Numbered from the stretch's first letter, positions 26,758 through 37,798 are shown. The stretch: DNA of 64,000 nucleotides from Christensenellaceae bacterium (GCA_045613545.1 JAZLBD010000001.1:27332-91331); one strand, 5' to 3'. The notes: a model not told the origin generated them from the sequence alone. Made by a program: numbers and translations.

Positions 26758-27364
26758 TTGTGGGATTGCGCCCACGCCGTTGTAGAATATTTCTACCGCT
26801 TGTTTTCTTTTGCCATCCTTCTTTCCCACTTTATAAACGACGAGCATATCCATACGGATTCTACAAAATCGGGCGTCATAGCCGAGTCCCTACAAGGGAT
26901 TCGGCAACTAAATAAATCCTTGCGGATTTGTGATATTCGTCTAACGACGAGTGATATTGCCTTTCGGCAGTTATATTTGCCTACGGCAAGTTGTGGATTT
27001 ATTTAATATCACTTCTTCGAGAGAAATATAAGAACCTGCTAAAGCAGAACCTTGAATTTTTCTCTCGAAAAATATAACTGCTTGTAAAACAAGCAATATA
27101 ACTTTTAGCCACAAGGCTAAAAATAAAACTAAATTATCTTAATCTTTTGTGGTAAAGATAAAGCCCACCATATTTCGCCTTAAAGCGAAGTATAGTGGGC
27201 TACACTTTTGTTATAAACTAAAAATCCCTATATGTCATAGTGAGAATCTGCTGTCAACAAAATATATACGAGCGATACAAAGTTTCTATTATAAAAATTT
27301 TTATACGTAAGCAATACGCATAAAGAAGGATTCGGAATTCTATATCCGAATCCTTCTTTTCGTT
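26758..27364. other. ORF-poor, hairpin-dense intergenic block; candidate large structured RNA, strand unresolved
   Basis: There is no ATG on the plus strand between about 26700 and 27231. There are more than 12 stems of 6-17 bp (listed in findings), and the block ends in a 15-bp hairpin at 27322-27359. Confidence 0.3.
27322..27364 (+). terminator. strong hairpin, terminator-like on the plus strand
   Basis: Stem aaagaaggattcgga (27322-27336) / tccgaatccttcttt (27345-27359), followed by tcgtt. No plus-strand CDS lies upstream of it. Confidence 0.45.
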
Positions 27365-27437
27365 GATTCACTCGAAAGAGCGTATGCCTATGTGATTTTA
27401 ATTTGTTTGTAAAAAAACCTATGCGAATAAGCCTTTT

Positions 27438-28379
27438 TTATTCCTCTTTTTTTTCGTCTTGCTTTCTCTGATAGCGGACGAGGAGATACGCTCCGATCAC
27501 GCCTACCGCGAATAAGACAAGTCCCAAAATCAAATCCACCCAAACGATACCGCTTTTCGCCCAAGCTTTATACACGGCGAAGATATCGGGGTTATAAAAC
27601 ATTGCCAAAATAGAGCCGAGCGAAAGCCCTACGATCATACTGTACGACGTTTCTCTCGCTTTTCCAAAGAGCTGGGTGAGGAGCTTTGAAAAGGTGAATA
27701 TCCCCAAAAGGAAACCCACGAAAAGACCGCCATATACGAGCAAGACGGTCGGGTTTTGCGACCAAAGCGTCCAACTGACGCCGTCCATTAACGTTCCAAA
27801 CCAACCGATCGCCATTAAAAACGCGCTCGCGGAAAGTCCAGGCACGATTTGCGTGACGCCCACGGCGTAGCCGATGGGAATCGCCAAAAGAATTTGCCAA
27901 ACGTGTACTTTCGCAAGAGTAAATCCGCTTGAGCCGATCCCTACGGACGCGATCCCAAATACGACGGGAATCAAAACGCCCAATCCAAATAGCAATATTC
28001 TCGGCGTGGTTTTTTCCGCGTTTTTGAGTTCATCCTTGACGGCGGGAAACGCTCCGCACATTAGCCCTGCAAACAGTCCCACTACCGCAAACGGCAAGAC
28101 GTCTAAGAGCTTTTTCACCGTAATAAACCCGAGCAAAACGCCCAAAACAATCCCCAGTCCGATCGGCAACAAGAACGCAAAGCACCGCTTAAATTTCTTA
28201 AATAAATTACCGAGGGCGTATAAAAATTGATCGTACAGTTTGAAAATAATCGCCACCGTGGAACCGCTAATCCCCGGCACGATCACGGCAAGTCCAACGA
28301 AAAAGCCTAAAAGGGCGCTTTTGAGCCAACTTTTTTTATCGTATGTTTCAAGCTCGATTTCCGCGCGATCCGTTCCCAT
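27438..28379 (-). CDS. DUF368 family membrane protein (family recently linked to undecaprenyl-phosphate translocation)
   Basis: VPGISGSTVAIIF and a second VPGLSASAFL repeat, polytopic, 313 aa. Confidence 0.75.
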   Translation of the reverse strand: MGTDRAEIELETYDKKSWLKSALLGFFVGLAVIVPGISGSTVAIIFKLYDQFLYALGNLFKKFKRCFAFLLPIGLGIVLGVLLGFITVKKLLDVLPFAVVGLFAGLMCGAFPAVKDELKNAEKTTPRILLFGLGVLIPVVFGIASVGIGSSGFTLAKVHVWQILLAIPIGYAVGVTQIVPGLSASAFLMAIGWFGTLMDGVSWTLWSQNPTVLLVYGGLFVGFLLGIFTFSKLLTQLFGKARETSYSMIVGLSLGSILAMFYNPDIFAVYKAWAKSGIVWVDLILGLVLFAVGVIGAYLLVRYQRKQDEKKEE

Positions 28380-28580
28380 ATTTTGCCCTCCTTTTCCTTC
28401 CTCTTTCCATTATATACGTCAAAGGTAAAGTTGTCAATCGTTTCTTCCCCACTCTTTTTTCAAACCATACGTATCCCCCTTATATTTTATCACAAAATCA
28501 GTTCTTTTTTGCAGAAAATCGTCAAAATTCGCTTCGGCCTATCATATATAATGAAAAAAAGAATATAGGTAGGTAGGCGT

Positions 28581-29519
28581 ATGGTATTCATTAAAAAAAT
28601 GTGTATATTACGACAAATCAAGCAAGGGTTTTCCAGCGACGGAAAGTCCCTTTCGGGACTCATCAAAGTGGAACAGTACGGAAAAAATATTTCGATAGAG
28701 GTTTCCGTCATCAATTTCGCACCCCTTTCCTCCGGCGAATATTATTGTATCATCGCCGACAGTCAAGATAGAACGGAAATTTTACCCATGCACGGGAAAA
28801 GCATCTTCAACATCGTGTCCGACCTCGATTTATCGGGTGGGTTTTGCGGGATTATATGCTTTGCGAAAAAAGAAATCGTACCGATCGCGTGCGGAATTCA
28901 AGGCAATCGCACCTACGAATTTCGAAAACTCGTTCAATCCATTTTCCCCGTCGAAAGGGAGTCTGCGTCGCCCAAATCGCCAACCCCTCCCCTTTCGACT
29001 TCCTACGAGGACGAACAAATCGCAAGCGAAAATTACTACGCGCAGGAGGAAGAAAATGAACGCGTCCACTCTATTGAAAGTTGCAACCATGTACCAGTTG
29101 AAACAGAAAATCAAACGCAAGAACAAGCCGTCGCTGACGTACCCGAAAATGACGATGATTCTCCGCTACGCACAGCGTTTGCGGTGGACACGGACGGATA
29201 TTACCAATCGGTCAAACACGAAATAGACGAGCTTTTTGAAAAATACCCCAAAGACGAGAGCTTAAAGGAAGTGTTCCCTTATTCCGACTGGGTGAAAGTG
29301 ACGGAGGGAGAAAGCTTTTATTTGGTAGGCGTTTTGTATGAGAACTTGAAAGCGAAATACATATGCTACGCGCTTCCTACGACGGAAAAAAAACCGCCGG
29401 AAAACATCGCCGAAGTTTGCGTGTACGTCCCCACCAGCCTTTTTGAAAACACGTCGGGGTTTTTCGTGATTTTCCAAAGCACCACGACGGGGGAATGTAT
29501 TCGCCCCGAAAAAGTATAA
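28581..29519 (+). CDS. hypothetical protein
   Basis: 312-aa ORF with ATG 28581 after AGGTAGG, and an acidic low-complexity middle. No family recognised. Confidence 0.45.
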   Translation: MVFIKKMCILRQIKQGFSSDGKSLSGLIKVEQYGKNISIEVSVINFAPLSSGEYYCIIADSQDRTEILPMHGKSIFNIVSDLDLSGGFCGIICFAKKEIVPIACGIQGNRTYEFRKLVQSIFPVERESASPKSPTPPLSTSYEDEQIASENYYAQEEENERVHSIESCNHVPVETENQTQEQAVADVPENDDDSPLRTAFAVDTDGYYQSVKHEIDELFEKYPKDESLKEVFPYSDWVKVTEGESFYLVGVLYENLKAKYICYALPTTEKKPPENIAEVCVYVPTSLFENTSGFFVIFQSTTTGECIRPEKV

Positions 29520-29552
29520 AAAATCGCCTACGATTTTCGTAGGCGATTTTGT
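29516..29552. terminator. bidirectional intrinsic terminator between convergent genes
   Basis: Stem aatcgcctacg (29522-29532) / cgtaggcgatt (29538-29548), with an A-run on the left and a T-run on the right. Confidence 0.7.
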
Positions 29553-30163
29553 TATTCTTCCTCTTGTTTTTGCGCTATCACAGAAGCGATTTTATCAAGC
29601 ACGTCCTCTTTGCCATACCCCGTTTCCGAGCTCGTGGCAAGGAGGTTGTTTTCCGTCAAGTATAAGTCGTTCGCGATCGCGCGCTTATGTTCTTTGAGTT
29701 TCATTTTGGAAAGCTTATCCCCTTTCGTCAAAACGACGGTGAACGGGATAATGTGATAGTTCAAAAATTCCAGCATTTGCACGTCGTCCGCCGTAGGGTC
29801 GTGGCGAGAATCCACGAGCATAAACACATGGGTAATTTTTTCCTTATCTTTGAAAAACAAATCGAGCGTTTTCGCCCATTTCGCCTTTTCCGTTTTCGAA
29901 ACTTGCGCAAACCCGTAGCCGGGTAAATCGGCAAGGATAAACGCGCCGAAATCAAAATAGTTCACTAGCCTCGTTCTTCCCGGCGCGGCGCTCGTTTTCG
30001 CGAGCTTTTTTTGATTTGCTAGCATATTGATAAACGAACTTTTCCCCACGTTGGATTTTCCGCAAACGGCGATCATAGGCTTTGTGGGCGCTATGAACTG
30101 CTTTTCGTTTGCCGCAGACGTGATAAAAGTCGCGTTGCCTATTTTGAGTTTTTGGTTTTCCAT
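29552..30163 (-). CDS. engB: ribosome biogenesis GTPase YsxC/EngB
   Basis: VCGKSNVGKSSFIN (G1), DLPGYG (G3), TKGDK (G4). Confidence 0.9.
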   Translation of the reverse strand: MENQKLKIGNATFITSAANEKQFIAPTKPMIAVCGKSNVGKSSFINMLANQKKLAKTSAAPGRTRLVNYFDFGAFILADLPGYGFAQVSKTEKAKWAKTLDLFFKDKEKITHVFMLVDSRHDPTADDVQMLEFLNYHIIPFTVVLTKGDKLSKMKLKEHKRAIANDLYLTENNLLATSSETGYGKEDVLDKIASVIAQKQEEE

Positions 30164-30167
30164 ACCC

Positions 30168-32600
30168 TTATTTCCTTTGACATGTCGCGCCTACGCCGTG
30201 GCTTTTCTCCTTAATCGGAGGCAAAAGTTTTTCCTTCTTTTTGACCGTCTTTTTTCTTTCGCTTTCTATTTCCTTGGCAAACGCTTCCGCAAATACTTCT
30301 TTCACGTTCGACACGGGAATAAAATGAATTTCGTCGCGAATCGCTTGCGGAATTTCTTCCAAGTCCTTTTTGTTATCGATAGGGATAATGATATTCGTAA
30401 TCCCTACCCTACGCGCCGCGAGCGCTTTTTCTTTAAGCCCGCCAATCGGTAAGACTTTACCACGCAAGGTGATTTCCCCCGTCATCGCGATATCGCTACG
30501 AACCTTTTTCCCCGTAAACACGGACAAAATGGCAGTGGCGATGGTAATACCCGCGCTCGGCCCGTCCTTGGGCGTTGCCCCCTCGGGAACGTGGACGTGA
30601 ATATCCGTAGAAGAGAACGCGTCGGGGTCAATCCCGTAAATATCCGCGTGGGAACGAATGAACGTGATCGCCGCCATAGCCGATTCTTTCATTACGTCGC
30701 CGAGTTTCCCCGTCAAGCGCACTTCCCCTTTGCCACGCGTTGCCGTCGCTTCCACCGTCAAGGTCGTTCCGCCGACCGCCGTCCAAGCAAGCCCCGTCAC
30801 CGCGCCCACTTCGGGCGTTTTTCTCTCTTCGTCGGGGTTAAACCGAGGCGCGCCTAAATATTCATGCACCTTGGCTTTATTTACTTCTACTTTCGATTGG
30901 TCGCGATTGTCCGCGTATTGCACTGCAATTTTACGGCATAGCGTACCAACCGTTCTCTCGAGCGTTCTTACCCCTGCCTCCATCGTATAACCCTCGATCG
31001 CCAAGCGAATTCCTGCGTCCGTAAAGGTGGCGTTCTTTGTCGAAAGCCCGTTTTCTTTGAGTTGTTTGGGGATTAAATACCGCTTTGCGATTTCCTTTTT
31101 CTCTTCGAGCGTATAACCGGAAAGTTCGATAATTTCCATACGGTCGCGAAGAGGCCCAGGGATCGTGTCGAGGGTGTTTGCCGTCGTGATGAACAACACT
31201 TTGCTCAAATCGTACGGCACTTCCAAATACCGATCGCGGAAAGAAACGTTTTGCTCGGGGTCGAGCACTTCTAAAAGCGCGCTCGCAGGATCGCCACGCA
31301 TGTCCGAAGAAATTTTATCAATCTCGTCGAGTAAGAATACGGGGTTGATTGAGCCCGCCGTTTTCATCGCGTACAAAATTCTACCCGGCATAGCCCCGAT
31401 ATACGTTCTTCTATGCCCTCGCACTTCCGCCTCGTCCTTGACACCACCGAGACTCATTCGAACGTATTTGCGACCGAGCGACCGAGCGATCGAACGGGCG
31501 ATACTCGTTTTTCCGACTCCGGGAGGCCCCACCAAACACAAAATGGGCGCTTTCATACTGCCGGTCAATTTCAAAACCGCCAAGTATTCCGTAATCCGTT
31601 CTTTGATTTTTTCAAGACCGTAGTGGTCCTCTTCGAGAACTTTCACGCAGTCGGACAGTTTTTCCGTATCCGCCGTCTCTTCCGTCCAAGGCAAGTCGAG
31701 TACCCAATCCAAATAGCCGGTAATCACCGTATATTCGGGGGAGCTTTGATGCATTTTGCTCATACGATCGATCTCTTTTAGGCATTTTTGTTCCACTTCT
31801 TTGGGGAGATTTTTCGCCTTGATTTTTTCGCGGTATTCGTCCTCTTCCTCCCCGTCGTCCCCAAGCTCCGAATGAATGGCTTTAAGCTGTTCGCGGAGGA
31901 AGTATTCCTTTTGCGATTTGTCTATGTTTTGACGGACGACGGAGGCAATCTTCTTTTCAATCTTGGAAATTTCCGCCTCGTCGTTTAAGCAACGCTCCAA
32001 CATTTTCAAGCGGGTGATCACGTTCGTTTCTTCTAAAATTTCCTGTTTTACTTCCAATTTGACGCGCATATGGTGGCACACCAAATTCACGTAAGAATCG
32101 GCATCCTCGCAACTGTCAAGGCGCGCGGAAATTTCTTTGGCAAGTTTTCCGTCCACGAACAAAATTTGTTTCGCCATCTCTTTCGTCGCTCTAAAATAAG
32201 CCTCTTCCATCGTTTCGTCGCCGTGCACGGGCAAGGCTTCGTCGACTACGGCGTAATAATACCCCGAATCAAACCCAAACGCGCGCGCTTTTGCGCGATA
32301 CAGTCCCTCAACGAGCACGCGAAACGCACCGCCGGGGAGTTTATTCGTTTGGCGAATACGAGCAACCGTCCCTACCTCGTACATATTTTCCGCCGTCACC
32401 CTTTCCTCGTCGGAATTTTTTTGCGAGCATATAAAGACGAGCTTTTCCTCGGAAAGGGAAGCTCTATCCAGCGCTTTGATCGTTAAATCCCGCCCTGCGT
32501 CGAAGGGTAAGAGGACGTTTGGGAACGCCACTTTCCCTCGAAGAGGAATCACGGGAAGTAAGTTTGTTCTTTTGTTTTGCTTTTCCATACTTTTTTCCAT
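30168..32600 (-). CDS. lon: ATP-dependent Lon protease
   Basis: LPVIPLRGKVAFPN (LON N-domain), GPPGVGKTS Walker A, and PKDGPSAGITIATA (catalytic Ser). The start is probably ATG 32600 or 32588. The track's 32750 start would overlap clpX. Confidence 0.9.
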   Translation of the reverse strand: MEKSMEKQNKRTNLLPVIPLRGKVAFPNVLLPFDAGRDLTIKALDRASLSEEKLVFICSQKNSDEERVTAENMYEVGTVARIRQTNKLPGGAFRVLVEGLYRAKARAFGFDSGYYYAVVDEALPVHGDETMEEAYFRATKEMAKQILFVDGKLAKEISARLDSCEDADSYVNLVCHHMRVKLEVKQEILEETNVITRLKMLERCLNDEAEISKIEKKIASVVRQNIDKSQKEYFLREQLKAIHSELGDDGEEEDEYREKIKAKNLPKEVEQKCLKEIDRMSKMHQSSPEYTVITGYLDWVLDLPWTEETADTEKLSDCVKVLEEDHYGLEKIKERITEYLAVLKLTGSMKAPILCLVGPPGVGKTSIARSIARSLGRKYVRMSLGGVKDEAEVRGHRRTYIGAMPGRILYAMKTAGSINPVFLLDEIDKISSDMRGDPASALLEVLDPEQNVSFRDRYLEVPYDLSKVLFITTANTLDTIPGPLRDRMEIIELSGYTLEEKKEIAKRYLIPKQLKENGLSTKNATFTDAGIRLAIEGYTMEAGVRTLERTVGTLCRKIAVQYADNRDQSKVEVNKAKVHEYLGAPRFNPDEERKTPEVGAVTGLAWTAVGGTTLTVEATATRGKGEVRLTGKLGDVMKESAMAAITFIRSHADIYGIDPDAFSSTDIHVHVPEGATPKDGPSAGITIATAILSVFTGKKVRSDIAMTGEITLRGKVLPIGGLKEKALAARRVGITNIIIPIDNKKDLEEIPQAIRDEIHFIPVSNVKEVFAEAFAKEIESERKKTVKKKEKLLPPIKEKSHGVGATCQRK

Positions 32601-32698
32601 ACTATATTTGTAAACGGATTTCCCACCGTCTAAACAAATTTCTTTTTCTTTTAAGCAACGGGCGTAAGGATTCCCTACGCCCGTATCCGTCTTTGTAT

Positions 32699-33934
32699 TT
32701 ACGCCGTTTGTTTGCGAACGAGACGAGGCTTTGCTCCGCTCGTCAAACATTCTTTGGTGACGATGACTTCTTCAATATCCTCCTCGGAGGGGATCTCGTA
32801 CATCACGTCCATCATTACCCCCTCGATGATCGTGCGAAGCCCTCTCGCGCCCGTTTTCAAGCGAATCGCCGTCTTTGCAATTTCGTGCACAGCGTCCTTT
32901 TCCACGGAAAGTTTTACGCCGTCGAATCCGACGAGTTTTTGGTATTGCTTGACGATCGCGTTCTTCGGCTCGGTCAAAATTTTCACGAGCGCCTCTTCGT
33001 CTAAGGGGTTCAAGTTCACGACGATGGGAAGCCTACCCACGAACTCGGGGATTAAGCCGAATTTCGTCAAGTCTTGCGGTTGTACGTCTTCGAGCGCCGC
33101 GTAATCCACTTCGTCCGCACCAAGTTTGACCTTTCCGCCAAACCCGAGCGTGGAATCGTCCTTTCTCGACGCCACGATCTTGTCGAGCCCCACGAACGCC
33201 CCACCGCAAATAAAGAGGATATTCGTCGTATCAATCCGCAAACATTCCTGTTGCGGGTGTTTTCTACCCCCTTGGGGAGGCACGGATGCGAGGGTGGATT
33301 CGATGATTTTCAAAAGCGCTTGTTGTACTCCCTCGCCCGATACGTCGCGCGTAATCGACACGTTTTCGCTCTTTCTTGCAATCTTGTCGATCTCGTCGAT
33401 ATAAATAATGCCTCGTTGCGCGCGCTCCACGTCGTAATCGGCGTTTTGAATGAGTTTGAGCAAAATATTTTCCACGTCTTCCCCTACGTATCCCGCCTCC
33501 GTGAGCGTAGTGGCATCACTAGATGCGAACGGTACGTTCAAGATTTTTGCAAGCGTTCTTGCAAGCAACGTTTTCCCGCTACCCGTAGGGCCGAGCAACA
33601 AAACGTTGCTCTTTTCGATCTCCACGCCGTCCTCGCCCTTTTTGTTCTTGGGCATAGAATTGATCCGCTTATAATGGTTATACACGGCGACGGAAAGCAC
33701 CCGTTTTGCCTTGTCTTGTCCTACGATATATTCGTCCAGCTCCGCTTTAATTTCGGCGGGTTTTTTGAGGGGGACTTCCTCTACGAGGTCCTCCTTTTCC
33801 GTCTCGTCGAGCATCGACTTGCAAATCTCCACACAGCTATCGCAAATAAACGCGCCGTCGGGGCCTGCGATCATTTTTTTCACTTCCTCTTTCGTCTTTC
33901 CACAAAAGGAACAATGTTGTTCGTGTCTTTCCAT
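32699..33934 (-). CDS. clpX: ATP-dependent Clp protease ATP-binding subunit ClpX
   Basis: CSFCGK...CDSC zinc finger, [20 protein letters not shown]. Confidence 0.95.
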   Translation of the reverse strand: MERHEQHCSFCGKTKEEVKKMIAGPDGAFICDSCVEICKSMLDETEKEDLVEEVPLKKPAEIKAELDEYIVGQDKAKRVLSVAVYNHYKRINSMPKNKKGEDGVEIEKSNVLLLGPTGSGKTLLARTLAKILNVPFASSDATTLTEAGYVGEDVENILLKLIQNADYDVERAQRGIIYIDEIDKIARKSENVSITRDVSGEGVQQALLKIIESTLASVPPQGGRKHPQQECLRIDTTNILFICGGAFVGLDKIVASRKDDSTLGFGGKVKLGADEVDYAALEDVQPQDLTKFGLIPEFVGRLPIVVNLNPLDEEALVKILTEPKNAIVKQYQKLVGFDGVKLSVEKDAVHEIAKTAIRLKTGARGLRTIIEGVMMDVMYEIPSEEDIEEVIVTKECLTSGAKPRLVRKQTA

Positions 33935-34035
33935 ATTCTACTCCAAATTTTACGCCTTGCAATATTGCCATTTTGAAAAATCCGCACAAAACCAAGCGCT
34001 TGGTCTTGTGCGTATCTTCTCTTTCGTATATCCTT

Positions 34036-34629
34036 TTATCTTCTTACAAACACTCTGTCGATGAGTCCGTAAATTCTCGCTTCTTCCGCGGACATATAAT
34101 TGTCGCGGTCGGTATCGCGTTCGATGACGGATAAATCTTTACCGGTGTTTTCAGATAAGATGCGGTTGAGTTTCGCTTTGGTACGAAGGATATGTTCCGC
34201 TTGAATCTTGATATCGCTCGCTTGACCTTGCGCACCGCCCAAAGGTTGGTGGATCATAATTTCCGAATTGGGAAGAGCAAAACGCTTGCCTCTTGCCCCG
34301 CTCGAAAGGAGGAACGCGCCCATAGACGCCGCAAGACCGATACAGATCGTGGACACGTCGCATTTAATATAATTCATCGTGTCGTAAATCGCCATACCCG
34401 CCGTCACGCTTCCGCCCGGGGAGTTGATATAGAGGCTGATATCCTTATTCGGATCTTTGCCCTCTAAATAAATGAGTTGCGCCACGACGGTGTTTGCCGT
34501 TGCGTCGTCAATTTCACCGCTCAAAAAAATGATTCTGTCCTCTAAGAGCCGAGAATATAAGTCGTACGAGCGTTCGCCCGTCGAGGTGCGTTCCACCACG
34601 TAGGGGACCAAAACATTTTTTTCGTTCAT
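34036..34629 (-). CDS. clpP: ATP-dependent Clp protease proteolytic subunit ClpP
   Basis: [29 protein letters not shown] (catalytic Ser), IMIHQPLGG (His). I prefer ATG 34629, with GGAGG 6 nt upstream. Confidence 0.95.
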   Translation of the reverse strand: MNEKNVLVPYVVERTSTGERSYDLYSRLLEDRIIFLSGEIDDATANTVVAQLIYLEGKDPNKDISLYINSPGGSVTAGMAIYDTMNYIKCDVSTICIGLAASMGAFLLSSGARGKRFALPNSEIMIHQPLGGAQGQASDIKIQAEHILRTKAKLNRILSENTGKDLSVIERDTDRDNYMSAEEARIYGLIDRVFVRR

Positions 34630-34630
34630 T

Positions 34631-35929
34631 TTATTCCTCCACATACATTTCGTTGTTTGCTTTCAAGAAATCAAAGAGCTTCGTGATGATGATATCGTTG
34701 CGGATATAGTCGAATTGACGGGGATCCATTGTCTTTTTGTATTCTTCCGCCGTCTTTTCCACCGATTGTGCTTGCTCGGCAACTTTTGCGTCCACTTCTT
34801 CTTCGGTTGCCGTAATCTTCTCTTCCTTAATAATATGAGAGATGATAAGTTGGCTTAAAACGTTCTTTCTTGCTTGTTCTTCATAGTTCTTCTTGAACTC
34901 GTCTTCCGTCACTTTCAAGAACGAAAGGTAATCGGAAAGTTTCAAGCCTTGATACATGAGTTGGTATTCAAACTTCTTCACGAGGTTGTTGACTTCGGTA
35001 TCGATCATCGCTTGGGGAATTTCCGCCGTAGCCTTTGCGGAAATTGCCTCTAAAATGCTGTTTTCCGTTTGATCGAGCGCGTTTCTGTCCGCTTGTTTTT
35101 GCAAACGTTCTTTCGCTTTCGCTTTGTATTCTTCGATCGTTTCGCTACCCGTTGCGTCCTTGATAAACGCGTCGGTGAGTTCGGGAAGTTCCTTTCCTTG
35201 CAATTTATTGAGGGTGACTGCAAATACGGCGTCTTTCCCCTTCAAATCTTCCGCTTGGTAGTCTTCGGGGAAAGTGACGTTTACGTCCTTCGTTTCGCCG
35301 ATATTCATACCTACCACTTGATCCTCAAACCCAGGGATAAATTGACCGCTACCGAGGGTGAGATCAAAGCCTTGCGCTTCCCCACCGTCGAATTTTACGC
35401 CGTCCACCGTACCGACGAAGTCGATGTTGGCAACGTCGCCGTTTTGCGCGGGACGATCTTGTACGTCCACTTTACGCGCGTTTCTGTCGAGGAGGCGTTC
35501 CACTTCTTTTTCCACGTCTTCGTCGCTAACAGTATACGCGTACTCTTTGATTTTAATGCCTTTATACGACTCGATTTGCACATCAGGTTTTACGGGCGCA
35601 ACGGCAACGAGAACGACGCCCGTATCGTCAAGCGTTTCCACCGACACGTCGGGATCGCCAACGACGACGTATTTCTCTGCGTTCTTCTCTAAAACTTTAC
35701 CGTAATTTTCCGCAAAGAGCGCGTTGAGCGCGTCTTCAAAGAAAACGCCTTTCCCGTAAACGTTTTCAATGACGTTTCTCGGCGCTTTGCCCTTACGGAA
35801 TCCGTTGACGGAAAATCTTCCGCGCATCTTCAAATACGCTTTTTGGATCGCTTCTTCCCATTCTTCGGGGGTGAAGGTCATCTTGATTTTTACCGTGCTT
35901 TTTTCTGCTGCTTTGGTCGTGTACTTCAT
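34631..35929 (-). CDS. tig: trigger factor
   Basis: 432 aa with [13 protein letters not shown] (ribosome-binding signature) and an FKBP-like middle [14 protein letters not shown]. Confidence 0.95.
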   Translation of the reverse strand: MKYTTKAAEKSTVKIKMTFTPEEWEEAIQKAYLKMRGRFSVNGFRKGKAPRNVIENVYGKGVFFEDALNALFAENYGKVLEKNAEKYVVVGDPDVSVETLDDTGVVLVAVAPVKPDVQIESYKGIKIKEYAYTVSDEDVEKEVERLLDRNARKVDVQDRPAQNGDVANIDFVGTVDGVKFDGGEAQGFDLTLGSGQFIPGFEDQVVGMNIGETKDVNVTFPEDYQAEDLKGKDAVFAVTLNKLQGKELPELTDAFIKDATGSETIEEYKAKAKERLQKQADRNALDQTENSILEAISAKATAEIPQAMIDTEVNNLVKKFEYQLMYQGLKLSDYLSFLKVTEDEFKKNYEEQARKNVLSQLIISHIIKEEKITATEEEVDAKVAEQAQSVEKTAEEYKKTMDPRQFDYIRNDIIITKLFDFLKANNEMYVEE

Positions 35930-36032
35930 ATTATATTTCTCCTATTGCCTAACAATTATTCCATTTTTTCGGATCTTTTTAATCCGTATAAAACATTTTA
36001 ACATATTATTTCAAGAAAAGAAAGCATTTTTA

Positions 36033-36061
36033 TTTACAATTTTGCATTTTTAGGGTATAAT
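36033..36061 (+). promoter_or_regulatory. candidate sigma-A promoter of rqcH
   Basis: TTTACA (36033-36038), 17-nt spacer, TATAAT (36056-36061). Confidence 0.5.
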
Positions 36062-36142
36062 TTATAAAAAATATCCCTCGTTCGTCCATTTTTGTTTTTT
36101 CGACGAATTTCGCAAAGACGACGTTGGGGAAAGGGAGGGCGT

Positions 36143-37798
36143 ATGCCTCAAGACGCTTTGCATATTCATAGGCTTTCAAGAGAATTATCCTCTAGTCTCG
36201 TCGGCGGGCACGTCAATCGCGTCTCGCAAGTCGATAAGGACGAACTTACCTTTATTATATACACCGGTTTTCAAACGGTTAAACTTATTTTAAGCACGAA
36301 CGCTTCTTTTGCGCGCGTTTGTTTGTCGGAGCAGGAAAAAGAACCTGCGCCCACCCCGCCGAATTTTTGTATGCTACTTAGAAAACACCTTTTGGGCGGT
36401 GAAATTTTAGAGGTGGAACAAAAAGATTTCGAGCGGATTATCGAAATTAAAATTTTGTGCAAGTCGGATTTCTCGAACGCGGAAAGAGTGCTAATTTGCG
36501 AGCTTATGGGGAAATATTCCAACCTTATTCTCGTCGAAAACGGAGTGATTTTAGGCGCGCTCAAAACCACCTCGCTCGAGGCCTCCTCCCACCGCGTTTT
36601 ATTCCCGGGCGCAAAGTACGTTTATCCTGCTCCGCAGGACAAACTCTCGCCTTTCGACGAAAGTCTCTCCGCAAGGGAACGCGATTTCTTCGCGCTCGAT
36701 CCCTCGCGTAGCGAAGAGAGAATCGCGCAATTTTTATTCGAGAACGTATCGGGACTCGCGCTTCCCACCGCAAGGGAAATCGCAAAGCGCAGAAAAGAAA
36801 ATTTTTCGCCCTTTTTGAAACATTTCCTTTTGGAAGAACACCAACCGCATCTGCTTTATGAAAACGGCGAGCCGAAAGACTTTTTCGCTTTCCCGGTCGA
36901 GGGAGGCGTTCCCGTCTCCTCGCTTATGGAAGCGGAAGATATCTTCTACTCCTACAAAGAAACCGAGAAAATATTCCGTGAAAAGAAAGCGAAGCTTTTT
37001 TCGAGCGTGAAAAACTTGCAAAAGAAACAGCAAAAAAACAAACAGGATATTTTAGAGCGTTTATTGACGGCGGAAAAAAGCGAAAGCAACAAAATCAAGG
37101 GAGAACTTCTCACCGCCAACCTCTATCGCTTGGAAAAAGGTATGGATCGCTTCCAAACGGAAAACTGGTACGCCGAGGGCGAAACGATCGAAATTCCGTT
37201 AGATCCGACTCTTTCCCCCTCCCAAAACGCGCAGAAATATTTCAAACTCTACAACAAGCAAAAAAGGACGAAAGAAGCCCTTTTGCCTCGCCTTGCTATG
37301 GAAGAGAAAGAGGAAGAATACGTAAGTAGCATCCTTTTTTCCATCGTAAAAGCGGAATGCCTACAAGACTTAACCGAGATCGAGACGGAACTTATCGAAA
37401 TTTCCCTACTCCGCGCCCCCAAACAAAAGGCAGTCGGTAAGAAAAAAGCACCCGTCCCCTTTAGACAATTTGAAAAGGACGGGTTTACGATTTTGGTCGG
37501 ACGCAACAATTTACAAAACGACCGACTTTTGCGCGAGGCAAACGGAGACGACGTTTGGCTACACGCCCAAAAATACCATTCTTCGCACGTGATCGTCGTA
37601 AGCGGAGGGAAGAAAGTCCCCGAATCCGTTCTCCTTTACGCCGCCAAGCTTTGCGCACGCTATTCGGCGGGAAACGGAGACAAAATCCCCGTGGATTATA
37701 CCTTGCGGAAATACGTGAAAAAACCCTCGAAAGCAAAGGCGGGATTCGTCACCTACGTCAACGCCAAAACAATTTTCGTTTCCCCTTACGCGCCTTAA
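36143..37798 (+). CDS. rqcH: NFACT-family ribosome quality-control protein RqcH (FbpA-like)
   Basis: MPQDALHIHRLSRELSS...GKYSNLILV, a central coiled coil, and C-terminal FTILVGRNNLQNDRL...WLHAQKYHSSHVIV. ATG 36143 follows GGGAGGG. Confidence 0.8.
   Translation: MPQDALHIHRLSRELSSSLVGGHVNRVSQVDKDELTFIIYTGFQTVKLILSTNASFARVCLSEQEKEPAPTPPNFCMLLRKHLLGGEILEVEQKDFERIIEIKILCKSDFSNAERVLICELMGKYSNLILVENGVILGALKTTSLEASSHRVLFPGAKYVYPAPQDKLSPFDESLSARERDFFALDPSRSEERIAQFLFENVSGLALPTAREIAKRRKENFSPFLKHFLLEEHQPHLLYENGEPKDFFAFPVEGGVPVSSLMEAEDIFYSYKETEKIFREKKAKLFSSVKNLQKKQQKNKQDILERLLTAEKSESNKIKGELLTANLYRLEKGMDRFQTENWYAEGETIEIPLDPTLSPSQNAQKYFKLYNKQKRTKEALLPRLAMEEKEEEYVSSILFSIVKAECLQDLTEIETELIEISLLRAPKQKAVGKKKAPVPFRQFEKDGFTILVGRNNLQNDRLLREANGDDVWLHAQKYHSSHVIVVSGGKKVPESVLLYAAKLCARYSAGNGDKIPVDYTLRKYVKKPSKAKAGFVTYVNAKTIFVSPYAP

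Noticed and set aside
26758-27006. 82-aa TTG-initiated ORF in the structured intergenic block
   Set aside because: It has no SD and an implausible composition, and it overlaps the densest set of stems. The region is better explained as non-coding.
26758-27364. Assigning the structured block to a named RNA family (OLE, ROOL, GOLLD, group II intron)
   Set aside because: I cannot recall diagnostic consensus sequences well enough. There is no adjacent oapA-like or reverse-transcriptase gene, so no family name is asserted.
32601-32750. 50-codon N-terminal extension of lon in the track ORF
   Set aside because: It would overlap the clpX 3' end by 52 nt, and the added residues do not resemble the Lon N-terminus. 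Internal ATGs at 32600/32588 give the expected MEK...LPVIPLRG start.
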